Origin: Octopus vulgaris
Taxonomy: Eukaryota
Direction: 5' to 3'
DNA length: 64,000 nt
NCBI GenBank assembly: GCA_951406725.2
Contig: OX597826.1
Location: 60,512,001 to 60,576,000 of the forward strand
In this document: positions 13,765 through 26,934 of the stretch, in pieces
How positions within the stretch are numbered: the stretch's first letter is position 1
Layout: each line of letters opens with the position of its first letter
Program-made: the position numbers and the translations under genes
The notes under the pieces: model-generated
Database searches by the model: none
What the model was told of the DNA's origin: nothing
The model's input: the letters and a program-made list of their open reading frames with translations, nothing else

Positions 13765-14030
13765 TACAACAGGCAACATTACGGATTTGAACGCAAGAAC
13801 AAAAACTGACATTGGAATGACGGGGAACACATTCAAAGGGAGATATTCGCAACATTGAACTTTCTTCACAGATCAACACAAAAAACATACATGCCTATAT
13901 GGCACGGATTTTAAAGAGAAAGATGTGAGCAACTCCCGTTTAAACTGGAGTATTATAGCTATAGCCAGTAAATACAGGGTACAGGATAGCAAATGCGAGC
14001 TCCGCATTATCGACAGTCTAATTATCCCAT
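13765..14030 (+). pseudogene. Penelope-like GIY-YIG endonuclease fragment
   Basis: KTDIGMTGNTFKGRYSQH*TFF ... LNWSIIAIASKYRVQDSKCELRIID resembles YIGxTxxxFKxRYxxH...WxI...CxLCxxEK. Confidence 0.75.
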
Positions 14031-14796
14031 CAGCAGTGAAGTATTTAACGTTTTAATCTTTCTCCCCTTGCATGCAAATGAAGCAATTCATACTTCAAAC
14101 ATTCAAGTATACAACCCCATTCAATTTGTTAACCCTCCAGCCTGGAGCAGCATTTTTCTCTGAGATTCAAATATATGCATTATTTGAGCAGTGTGCATAA
14201 AAGACATATTCCTCCTTTAAAATATGTTGGATTCCCTCTTTACACAGTATTTGTGCATGACAACAAATAATTCACAGAATAAATGTATTCACAATCCCAT
14301 GGACTAAGTTTGGTGCCCAAATATAACAAAATCATGTGTGCACATACTCAAACACGAACTAAACCACATATGCGTCTGTGAATATGTTTACTTCTATATA
14401 TGTATATGTGTTTAGTTTGTGGAGAGGATGTATGTGCATATTTTAATGGATGTACATATGTCATTCATATCTATAAATTTAAACGTGCACGAACGTTCTT
14501 GCATGAATTGAATAAGGAACCAATCGTAAGATGTATGCACGTATATACGTATGTATACATATATATCTCAACACGATTGTCACAGACATTTATTTAACAT
14601 AAGATACAACTAATGAAAATCAGAAAATCCTTATTTTCAAAAGTTGTAGTACTATTTTAACTAAAATAATTTATCGATCGTCTATAGAAATTTTTATCTG
14701 CTCATCTGCAAACATATATATCCACACATACTGCGATATAGATAGATAATATTATCGTTATATTGTACGCAAACTAGGTGTGTGTCATTATATAAT

Positions 14797-14837
<41 letters not shown>

Positions 14838-14975
14838 GCGAGAGAGAGAGAGAGAAAGAGAGTAGAGTTCGACAGGGCAGTCACTAAGTAGAAGCGGATA
14901 TTTTTCAAAAGTTAAAATATATATATATATTTATATTCATACACATATGTGCGCACAGACACCCGTGCACATACG

Positions 14976-15035
<60 letters not shown>

Positions 15036-15045
<10 letters not shown>

Positions 15046-15550
15046 GGCTTAGTAAAATAAATTACTTTGCCGCATACTGAACTCATTAGAAATAGCAGCT
15101 AAAAAACTTTTTTAAAGCTATTTCTAATACTTAAAGAAAATCTCTCTCATATATAGCGTTTGCTTAATTCAACTCACAAAAGTTTGGGGGTAAGGACATT
15201 AAAAAATCAAATGCTAAGGTTATTTGAGAACGTACGTTTCAAGATTAGTCAAAACAACATTTCTATCTTCAGCTCAAAAACTCCTTGGTTTGGATTTGGA
15301 AACACTGAAAGTAAGAACATACCCTTTCGAAGAACATACCCTTTCGAAGGGTATCTTTAAGTATTAGAAATAGCTTTAAAAAAGTTTTTTAGCTGCTATT
15401 TCTAATGAGTTCAGTATGCGGCAAAGTAATTTATTTTACTAAGCCCTTTTATATAATGTAATAATTTGAATTCGCCTTAAATGGTCCCTTTGCATACTGA
15501 ACACTTGGTGAAATTGATTAATAATTAATTAATTTTACCCTCAATTGTTG

Positions 15551-15553
<3 letters not shown>
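15036..15553. mobile_element. Fold-back Penelope-like pLTR element in (TA)n
   Basis: Perfect ~100-bp inverted arms (15036-15137 vs 15354-15455), unpaired ~100-bp right extension, (TA)n on both sides, hammerhead motif in the spacer. Confidence 0.75.
15223..15278 (-). ncRNA. Minimal type-I hammerhead ribozyme motif (canonical core)
   Basis: Minus strand: TTTGAG-CTGAAGA-tAGAaatgttgttttgactaaTCTt-GAA-ACGTACGT-T-CTCAAA. 6-bp stem I, CUGANGA and GAAA core, palindromic stem III, weak stem II. Confidence 0.7.
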
Positions 15554-15588
<35 letters not shown>

Positions 15589-15756
15589 TATTTCAACGAA
15601 GGTATGTACATGTGCCTATGTATATACACAAAACTATGTGCATTTATTCATAGATATGATTACACTTATGTTCATATATACATGATGGATGTCATCTTTA
15701 AGTTGTTATCTCCCCTACTTTCCTCCTCGCGTTTGGCCTTTCTGTCCGGCACTGGT

Positions 15757-15952
15757 CGCCATGATACATCGTTAGCCACTACATACATTTTTTCTCTCCT
15801 TGCTTCTCCCTTTGTTTGTTCTGTGTACCTTTTGTGTAGCAGAGCGTAGGCTCGAAACGTAAAAGACTTTTTCTATTCCTGTGCGTTATACTAATACGTC
15901 TGTTTGTTTTGTATACCACCTGTCTTCGTCTTTTGTTGTTTTCGTAAACTCT

Positions 15953-15958
<6 letters not shown>
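15757..15958 (+). mobile_element. Family D short Penelope-like element with hammerhead-like motif (copy 1)
   Basis: ATCGTTAGCCACTAC...AGAGCGTAGGCTCGAAACGTAAAAGAC...CACCTGTCTTCGTCTTTTG...AACTCTCCC followed by (TA)n. Confidence 0.75.
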
Positions 15959-15993
<35 letters not shown>

Positions 15994-16429
15994 TATATAC
16001 ATGTAAAAATGCAAAAATACTTATACATATATTTGTATATGTGTATGTATACATGTGTGCATTTGTCTGTGAAAATATGTATGTATATCGGTTGATATGT
16101 ATATGTAAATACACACGCATTCCAAAATTATTTATATATATTTATTTATTTCATCTGTATAGACGAACATTCCGACAGAGCCTCTTATATTCCAAATTTC
16201 TATCCAAGACATTTTCACACTGTATTTCCATCATTTTTCTAAAGAACCAAGACAGCGTGTTGCTATTATCTTTGTTAATATAACTGGAAATGCGGGGATA
16301 TCGAAGATTATTCTTTAACAAAAGGTGAAAACTTCATTTGCGAGAGTGCACCGCCTACCTATGTCTACTTTGTTGGAGTTGCGCTTCTATACAGATGTAC
16401 ATATACAGATGTCCATATACATACATACC

Positions 16430-16465
<36 letters not shown>

Positions 16466-16467
16466 TA

Positions 16468-16515
<48 letters not shown>

Positions 16516-16541
16516 CATATTTATATGTATATATATATGTA

Positions 16542-16600
<59 letters not shown>

Positions 16601-17090
16601 TTATATGTATATATATATTATGTATTCAAAAATAGATTTGAATTATATATATATATATATGTATATATATATGCATGTATGTATGTATGTATGTATGTAT
16701 GTATGTATGTATGTATGTATGTATCTATGTATGTATGTATGTATTTATGTATATGTATATACATATATATATGCATGTACGTATATATATATATATATAT
16801 ATATATATTTGCATATATATATACATACATATTTATATATTCATGTGAAATATTCACATTCACAGAGATATACGCACGCACAAGCACACGCAAGAATTAA
16901 TTACTTCCAATCAGTGAGAAATAGATCGTTAAAACCATTTTAATCAGTAATCAGTTATGTTCTTCGTTGAAGAGCTGTCTGAGAGACTGACCAATTAAAA
17001 TGGTCTGTTGTTGCTACCGGCGGTAAGTCAGCAGTGAGTGGTTGAAGAGAACTGGGCAGACAGTGTTAGACATGATCATCAATATACTGG

Positions 17091-17896
<806 letters not shown>

Positions 17897-17900
<4 letters not shown>

Positions 17901-18096
17901 AATCTTTTCTACTGGAAGAGGAATCGATTAAGTCGATTACATCGACCCCAGTGTGTAACTGGTACTAATTTCATCGAACCCGAAATGATGAAAGGCAAAG
18001 TCGACCTCAGCGGAATTTGAACTCAGAACGTAACGGCAGACGAAATACCGCTAAGTATTTTGCCCCGCGTAATAACGATTCTGCCAGCTCACCACC
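17897..18096 (-). mobile_element. SINE B monomer within (TAA)n
   Basis: Full head and central domain on the minus strand; ends AGAAAAGATTATT. Confidence 0.85.
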
Positions 18097-18120
18097 TTAG
18101 TAATAATAATAATAATAATA

Positions 18121-18410
18121 TCAGGTGTTTGAGCATAACAGACGCACAATTTGCAATGGAGCAGTTTCGTTACCTAATCATTTCACCATAACTTGTAGTG
18201 GTTTTGGACAAGCCTAAAGTTTTCGTTCGTTATATGTGCAATGGTTTCATCCACTCTATTGCAGATCTGGTACAGCCGAGACACTTGCAAATTCCTAAGG
18301 TTGACCCTCCTGTACGTGGCCAAAGCTTGGTCCTGCGCTGTCAGTATAGTGCTCCTGGTTTCTTTTTTTAATGTTTCTTTCACCAGGCAATACGACCTGT
18401 GATAATGAGA
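18121..18410 (-). pseudogene. R4/Dong-like RLE-LINE fragment (zinc-knuckle region)
   Basis: TLKKETRSTILTAQDQALAT...ICNRVDETIAHITNE..LVQNHYKLW*ND*VTKLLHCKLC matches LKxETExxIxAAQDQAL...ETxxHI...RHDxV. Confidence 0.8.
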
Positions 18411-18493
<83 letters not shown>

Positions 18494-18951
18494 TAATAAT
18501 AATAACAACAACAACAACGACGACGACGACAGGACGAAAAAGAAGAAGAAGAAGAAGAAGAAGAAGAAAAAAAAGAAGAAGAAGAAGAAAAAGAAGAAGA
18601 AGAAGAAGAAGAAGAAGAAGAAGAAGAAGAAGAAGAAGAAGAAGGAGAAGAAGAAGAAGAAGAATAAGAAGAAGTAGTAGAAGAAGAAGAAGAAGAAGAA
18701 GAAGAAGAAAAAGAAGAAGAAGAAGAAGAAGAAGATGAAAAAGAAGAAGAAGAAGAAGGAGAAGAAGAAGAAGAAGAAGAAGAAGGAGGAGAAGAAGAAG
18801 AAGAAGAAGAAGAAGAAGGAGAAGAAGAAGGAGAAGAAGAAGAAGAAGAAGAAGAAGGAGAAGAAGAAGAAGAAGAAGAAGAAGAAGAAGAAGAAGAAGA
18901 AGAAGAAGAAGAAGAAGAAGAAGAAGAAGAAGAAGAAGAAGAAGAAGAAGA
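18411..18951. repeat. (TAA)n>(CAA)n>(CGA)n>(GAA)n compound microsatellite
   Basis: Directly visible in the sequence. Confidence 0.95.
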
Positions 18952-19483
18952 ATATATATGCTGGACATGATTACTTGATGGTCTCGAAGACTGCGGCCAT
19001 CCCAGTGTTATACTCTGTGGTCGTCTGCCGTAGCGAGTATTTCGCTCCCTCACACAAATATTAAAGAAGATGACAATACCAGGGGTCTCAGAAAATCGGG
19101 GTTCTATGGATATTAGCAACCCATTTTGTTATGGAGGGCGACGAAAGGTCGAAAGGTTACAAATGTGAACAGAAGGTGATGAGAGATCCTGTTTTAACTA
19201 CTCGTTTAATACCCGTCTGACGCCTGGGTAATTTGAAAGGTTCTCCGACCTCATTTCCATGCCGAACGGCAAGGAACAAAGAGTAATTTTTTAGACGAGA
19301 TGGTAAGTCTAAGGAACAACAAGGCATTTAAGAGCCTTCTGTCTCGGTAACTCTAACAGAAAATAGGAAAGCTTAAACGACAAATACTGTGTGTGCCACA
19401 ACAGCAGTAGAAGCAGCAGGTTTGGCAACGAGCTACATTAACAGCATCAGGACCAAGGCTAACTATAGTAACAACAGCAGCGG

Positions 19484-19670
19484 TGGAGGAACAATGGCCC
19501 AGTGGTTAGAGCAGGGACTCGAGGTCGTAAGAACGCGGTTTAGATTCACAGACCAGGCATTGTGAGTGTTTATTGAGCAAAAACACATAAGCCCCACGAG
19601 GCTCCGGCGGAGGTGGGGGTGAACCCCGCTGTACTCTTTCACCGCAACTTTCTCTCGCTCTTTCTTCCTA
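19484..19670 (+). mobile_element. SINE family C 5-prime half
   Basis: ATGGCCCAGTGGTTAG...TTGTGAGTGTTTATTGAGC...CCACGAGGCTCCGGC...GCTGTACTCTTTCACC. Confidence 0.8.
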
Positions 19671-21694
19671 CTTCTACCACAAAGCAGAGGAACCCTGGTG
19701 TAACCCACTATGAGGTGGCCAACTTTCAGATCCTAGTCTAGATTGCGAATCCTCTGTACCCCAGGATAGTTCAGCTCTCCACCCATTAAAAGCCACCGTT
19801 TAAGGAATGAGGATAACAACGTAGCTTTTGCGCCCGTGCAACTGCCAGTGTTTGCATGTGGTGGGTGGATCTTCAAGTTGCCACACGCATTCTTAGTAGC
19901 TTAGAGTAGGCTCGAATTAGAGATTATTCTTTGTGGCTAATGGCGTGAGTCCTGATTGGAAGAAGACCACAGCAACGACGACGAAAAGTCCTAGAACTGC
20001 ACCAGAATCTGTTGAAAGAGCAACAGCTGTAGTACCAACGATATCAATAACAAATTAGTCAGTACTAGCAACTGTGTTGGCGAAAACATAATGACTGTAA
20101 CAAAATAATCGCAACCCGAAGCATGTCCCCAGTCAATGTTCTTTCTTTGCGTTCCCTATTCTTAACCCTTCAATACACACAAGCACACGCAAGCAAACAG
20201 GCTTTTGCTCCTGTCCGGATCTTTGCTGTTTACTCTATCAGCTAGTAAATACATAAATATTTTTAGTTATTGTATGTTTTTATTATATACATTTATTTAA
20301 TCAGTGTAATCAGTGGTATGTTGTCCGCAAATTCCCTTCGCTCCAAATATATAACATGTTGCGTGCAGCTGGATGTTTTCAAAAAACAACCTATCCTTTT
20401 TCTTGACGCAACTTAACAGACGTTCGGATATTTTCAGACGCCATCCGAGTTATAAACAACATTCATTTCTTTTAACACAATTTGGAGAGATCTGACGTAA
20501 AAATTAGAAAGGTCGCTACAGCGATCTGAAAACATCACTCCAAAGATTTAGAGATAAGCTATGAATACCCTGCACATTGGGATGACACTGCTTGATACAA
20601 ATAGGAACCTGACAACAGTTACTTGGAGAAGTTAAGGGGAATAGATTAATGTAATAGGGGATTCTGTAGAAATATAAAGAACCTTTGGCTCTGTATATAA
20701 AGAAACTATAAAATTACAGACAGGATGGCAATTGCAATAAATAGAGACTTTTAGATGAGGTCGCAGCAAATAAAAAGCGCAGAGGACCCAAAGAATAAAT
20801 TTAGAACGGAATTCCTAAATATACAAAAGTAAAATGGATTGCGAACCAGTAAGTTTCATGTGTTAGGAAATAAGGAATTGAAAGGCGACAATTGTTCAAT
20901 GCCTGAGGCTAACAACAGAAAACAAAATTTAACTAGACGAGATCAACGATTGCTACAAAAATACTATAAACGCAATATAATTAATCACGTCCTGCGTGTG
21001 CTATTAACAACGAGAAATAACCGACCGTATCTTCTGTGTATCACCAAGTCACTACAATGTTAGATTATATATATACGCAGCATCGATTCATCTGCTACGT
21101 CTATTATGACATTTCCCGAGAAAAAACTAATATACAGTTCATTAAACTTTCACCTATCTGGTTACGTTAATCCAAGAAATCCCTGTTAAGAGAGAGGACA
21201 GACAAAGGCTTCCGATATAATATCCAACTTTTTTCTTGAAACTGTCGATAAACTAGTAAACAAAATTTAATAAGCCTATACGGGATACAAAAGTAAAGGC
21301 ATTTTATATAATAAAGAATATTACGTATGATTAAAAATATCAAGAAAAATACGGTGGATTACAGCAGTATAGAGTAAAAACAAAGTCATCTTAGGTACAA
21401 CCATGTCTTACTCGAGACAATTTTAAGCAAACATCACAACTCAAACAGAACAATTGTTTTCACAGCCGCCACAAAATATTTATAACAAACGTGATACACT
21501 ATATGCTCTGCAGAGTAAACACCAAACGGTTTTAAACAATACCTGCAGCATGTTCAACAGAATATCATACCTATCATAGCAAAATGTATGATACACAACA
21601 CAAAATGACGAAACACTAAAAGGAACGCCAGGATGAAATAAATAAAATCTACAATTAAATAATAGGCGCACTTGGTGTGAATACTGCCCGCATA

Positions 21695-22088
21695 TCTATA
21701 TATATAAAACTCTAGTTGTGTGAGTGTCTGTCCCCTTCGATTTAGATTCCTAACTCCTCCCACATTTTGCGGTGCAGTTTAACCAAAACCGGGTATCTTA
21801 TAGTCGTGATTCATATCGAGCCCTTCTGGGTATTAGCGCGCGTCTACGATGAGTCTACGATTTAAAACAAAAATTACCATCATTTCTTTCCATTTTAATG
21901 CATTTTTTTCGTTATTATATAAGGGAAGTAACTCTCTAAAAATGTCTACGATGAGTCAACGATTTTTTAAAAAAATTACCATCCTTTTCCATTTTTTATG
22001 CATTTTTTTGCTATTTTTTGGCTATAACTCTCTAAAAATGCTTTATAGTTATTTCCCTTACAAACCCGAGCAACGCCGATGCTGCTAG
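21695..22088 (+). mobile_element. Non-autonomous Helitron
   Basis: 5-prime TC preceded by A, subterminal CCCGAGCAACGCCG hairpin remnant, 3-prime CTAG followed by T, no TSD. Two more copies at 53121 and 53822. Confidence 0.85.
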
Positions 22089-22139
22089 TATAGGAAAGAG
22101 CAAAATGCGACGGTGCAGAGGATTATTACATAAAAATGC

Positions 22140-22345
22140 TAGAAAGATAATGATTTCTAGCTTAGGTTCGAGGCTAGTAATCTTGAGAGCAAGGCGTTAG
22201 TTGATGTCACGGAGCCAAATACTTGAGCGTCGCACTTTATATTATCGTCTCAAAAGATAGGTGTTTCAAGGTTGACCATTGAGGAAATTGATCTCAGAAC
22301 GTAGAGTAAGAACAACACTACCGCAAGTCAATTTTCTGATATTCT
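22140..22345 (-). mobile_element. Old degenerate SINE B-like copy
   Basis: Residual GAAATTGATCTCAGAACGTA and tail similarity. Confidence 0.5.
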
Positions 22346-22473
22346 CGCGATTCAAAAAAATGCATCGCACTCGTGTGTTGAAAATATGATAATAAACAAC
22401 AAATCGTTTAAGCATAGACATCATCACCATCATCATCATCGTCGTCGTCGTTGTCGTCGTCATCATCATCACT

Positions 22474-22850
22474 GGATGGAAGTACTCCGTCGGTTACGAC
22501 GACGAGGGTTCCGGTTGATCCGATCAACGGAACAGCCTGCTCGTGAAATCAACGTGTAAGTGGCTGAGCACACCACAGACACGTGTACCCTTAACGTAGT
22601 TCTCGGGGATATTCAGCGTGACACAGAGAGTGACAAGGCCGGCCCTTTGAAATACAGGTACAACAGAAACAGGAAGTAAGAGTGTGAGAAAGTTGTGGTG
22701 AGAGAGTACAGCAGGGATCACCACCATCCCCTGCCGGAGCCTCGTGGAGCTTTTAGGTGTTTTCGCTCAATAAACACTCACAACGCCCGGTCTGGGAATC
22801 GAAACCGCGATCCTATGACCGCGAGTCCACTGCCTTAACCACTAGGCCAT
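22474..22850 (-). mobile_element. SINE family C, near full length, 10-bp TSD
   Basis: Box A TGGCCTAGTGG and box B GTTTCGATTCC on the minus strand; CATCATCACT at 22464-22473 and 22848-22857; nearly identical to 52186-52571. Confidence 0.9.
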
Positions 22851-23144
22851 CATCACTAACACCAACATCGTATATCTACGTAAGTGCGCAAGTAAATGGG
22901 TGGGAAAAAAAAAACAGTACATAATGGAAAAGAAAGAGATGTGACAAATGAGGATGGGGGGGTAGAGAGAACACAGGACGACAAAGAGAGAGAAGCTGGG
23001 TGTGGGGTGGGGGGGAAATAAATTGTGTAAGAAAGATCAGATATGGAGGACAGCAGAAAGATGGGAAGATGGAGATAAAGAGAGAGAGAGGAGGAGGAGG
23101 ACGAGAATGTGGTAGACGGTAAGAAGGAGGGAGGGAGGGAGAAA

Positions 23145-25010
23145 GTTGTTGTTGATGATAATGATGATGATGCTGATAATGATGATGATGATGATGATGA
23201 TGATGCTGATAATGATAATGATGATGATGATGATGATGATGACGATGATGATGATGATGATGATGATGATGTTGATGATGATGATGATAATGATGATGAT
23301 GATGATGATGATGAATATGATGATGAGGCTGATGATGATGATGATGATGATGATGATTATGATGATGATGATGAGGCTGATGATGAGGCTGATGATGATG
23401 ATGATGATGATGATAATGATAGTGGTGGTGGTGGTGGTGGTGATTATAATGATGATGAAGAGGAGTAGGTGAAGGTAGAGGAAGAGGCGGGTGTGGGTAA
23501 ATATGTTTGCAGTGGTGAAGCTGGAGATATTCTAGATGGTTGTGTTAGAAGCATTGTTGTTGTTGTTGTTGTTGGCAGAGGGCGTGTAGCAGTTAAGATG
23601 GGGGAGGCGCATGTGGATAAGGGCGACGACGATGACGACCACGAGGAAGATGATGATGATGATGATGATGATGATGAATGTAATGATGGTGATGATGATG
23701 ATGGTGTTTGTGTAATTCGGCGGTGGTGGTGGTGTAAGCAGTAATCGTGGTGTTGATGATGTTGATGGTGGTGTTGATGATGACGACGACGACGGTGGAA
23801 GTGGAGGAGGAGGAGGAGGAGGAGAAGGGGGAGGAGGGAGGAGGAGGAGGAGGGGGAGGAAAGTGACGATGACAAAGACGTTGTTGTTCTTGTTGCTGAT
23901 GAAATAAATAATATAAATCAAGTTCAGATTTGATGTCATTAGCATTCGATTACAAACGCTCTGCAAGATTAGTGGCACAACATCAACAACAACAACAACA
24001 ACAACAGCAACAACGATAAAAACAACGACGACAACAACAACGATAAAAACAACGACGACCACAACGACAACAACACCAATAACAACGACTGTAAAACTAT
24101 CAACCACAGTAGCAGCTACAAGAACAACAACACTAAATGAATATAATAAAACCGCCACATCCAGCAACCGTAACAAGAACAACAATAACTTATCAATGAC
24201 ATCATTAATACTACCATGATACCACCACCACCGCCATCACCATCAACACTACCTCCATCACAACCACTATGACCGTCAGCGCCCCTACCAGAGTCGTTGT
24301 TTCTCTCGCCTACACCATCACCACCAGAATCGTTGTTAACACCACCAACGCAACCACAGCCACCACTAAGAGAACCATTACAGTCATCCCCGCCACTGAC
24401 ATCGCCATTACTATTCAGCCACCACAATTGTCATCACCGTCACCATAACCAACACCACGACCACCGCTGTGACCTCCACCACCATCACTACCATCAATAT
24501 TTCTCAGCATAATGAATACTACCGCCACCACCACCATTACCACCACCACCATCAGCACCACCACCAACAACAATAACACCATCACCACCACCATCACCAC
24601 CACCACCACTATCACAACAACCACTACCATCACCACCACCATCATCACCACCACTACCATCACCAACAACAACATCACAATCACAACAACCACCACCATC
24701 ATCACCACCACCATCACCACCACCACCATCACCACCAGAGACTATATTAAAAAAAAACATTATCAACCACAAAATATTTGACAGCATCGTCATTATCATT
24801 ATCAACATAATCATCATCATCTTCAGCTGCAGCAGCAACATCAAAACCGTTATCAACATTTACAGCACCGCCGCCAATAACAACAATAACAACGCAATCA
24901 TCATCATCACAATCATCATCACCATCACCATCACCATCATCGCCATCATCATCATCATCGTCATCATCATCCTTATCATCATCATCATCATCACCACCAC
25001 CATCATCATC

Positions 25011-25072
<62 letters not shown>

Positions 25073-25095
25073 CATCATCAACACCATCGTTGTCG

Positions 25096-25128
<33 letters not shown>

Positions 25129-25450
25129 CCACCACCACCATCGTCATCATCATCAATAACATGGTCGTCATGGCCTTCACTCTTAACCGCATGCGCCTCC
25201 ACATCATAACATCAACAACAAAAACAACAGCAACAACAACAACAACAACAACAACAACAACCACAACAACAACAACAACCACAACAAGAACCATTGCACT
25301 GATGAGTCTAATCATAAAGATTTGCAAGCGCGATAAACAAGATATCTCCACCATTAATCCAATGCCACATCAAGGCGCCACCACCATCAATAACATCAAA
25401 ACCAACACCACCACGAACAACAACAACACCAACAACATCAGCAAAAATAA
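23145..25450. repeat. 2.3-kb degenerate trinucleotide field (GAT/GGT/GAG then CAA/CAC/CAT)
   Basis: Directly visible; strand polarity flips near 23900-23980. Confidence 0.9.
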
Positions 25451-25714
25451 CAACAACATTTACACAGCACCAACAACTCATGCAACACCATCATTTGCAG
25501 CATGAACGACGTAAGACGGAACGATAATCGCTAACAACAGCGATGCCACCACTGTTTCCGACGCCGTCTGAAACACGTCACCTTTGTGTCACGTGTCGGC
25601 TATATTTTCAAATAATTACGAACGGCTACGCAAATTGATAATTCCATCTGAATGGCTTTTTATTCGGAGAGCAAATGTGGATATGAATATAATCATATGT
25701 GTGTATATATATAT

Positions 25715-25808
<94 letters not shown>

Positions 25809-25882
25809 TATTACTAATACGTTATTTGTTTGTACTCCACCTGCCTTCGTCTTTTGTTTATTTTCATAAACCTTCCCGTTAT
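25809..25882 (+). mobile_element. Family D 3-prime fragment between (TA)n arrays
   Basis: TACTAATAC...CACCTGCCTTCGTCTTTTG...AAACCTTCCC. Confidence 0.7.
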
Positions 25883-25926
25883 ATCTATATATATATATAA
25901 TATCTAGCTATTTATATATCTATATA

Positions 25927-25991
<65 letters not shown>

Positions 25992-26099
25992 GTATCTATG
26001 TGTAAGCTTGCATGTATATATATGTAGATATATGAATATAAATACACATATGAATATAAAATGTACACATGATCACATATATATGTATAACATTACATG

Positions 26100-26135
<36 letters not shown>

Positions 26136-26164
26136 TGTGTGTTTGTGTGTGTATGTATATATAT

Positions 26165-26360
26165 GTACGTGTCTGTGTTTGTCACCCTAACATCGCTTGA
26201 CAACCGACGCGGGTGTGTTTACGTCCCTGTAAATTAGAGGTTCGACTAAAGAGACCGATAGAATAAGTAATGGACTTGCAAAGGCTTACTGGGATCAATT
26301 TGCTCGACTGAAGGTGGTGCTCCAGCATAGCCACAGTCACATGACAGAAACTAGTAAAAT
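26165..26360 (+). mobile_element. SINE A 3-prime half
   Basis: GCTTGACAACCGA...AGAGACCGATAGAATAAGTA...GGTGCTCCAGCAT. Confidence 0.8.
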
Positions 26361-26376
26361 ATTTATATATATATAA

Positions 26377-26582
26377 TGGCCTAGTGGTTAGGGCAGCGGA
26401 CTCGCGGTCGCAGGATCGCGGTTTCGATTCTCAGACCGGGCGTTGTGTGTGTTTATTGAGCGAAAACACCTAAAAGCTCTACGAGGCTCCGGCAGGGGGT
26501 GGTGGTGATCCCTGCTGTACTCTTTCACCACAATGGCGGTGCCCCAGCATGGCCACAGCTCAAGAGCTGAAACTGGAAAAAC
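26377..26582 (+). mobile_element. Chimeric SINE: C head plus A-like tail
   Basis: 26377-26532 matches the C head; 26534-26582 GGCGGTGCCCCAGCATGGCCACAGC..CTGAAAC matches the A-type tail. Confidence 0.75.
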
Positions 26583-26618
26583 AAACAAAAACAAACATAC
26601 ACAAACACACACACACAC

Positions 26619-26673
<55 letters not shown>

Positions 26674-26829
26674 TATATATATATACGTATATGTGTGTGT
26701 ATATCTATATGTATTACAAATTTACATATCTAGCAGTATTTGTGCGTGCATGTACTTTATGTAACATTTATGTAATTCCTGATGTTATAGTCTTTAAACA
26801 AATCAGTTTTATTCTGCTCCTGGACGGAC

Positions 26830-26934
<105 letters not shown>

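Noticed and set aside
15036-15455. Classical TIR MITE (Tc1/mariner with TA TSD)
   Set aside because: The inverted repeats are not terminal (one-sided ~100-bp extension) and a hammerhead motif favours PLE origin, though a MITE is not fully excluded.
19198-19231. Helitron-like terminal hairpin (TACCCG...TGGGTA)
   Set aside because: No CTAG terminus and no matching body.
20480-21640. Possible decayed RT-coding region
   Set aside because: A-rich and LINE/PLE-like in texture, but no motif I can read reliably.
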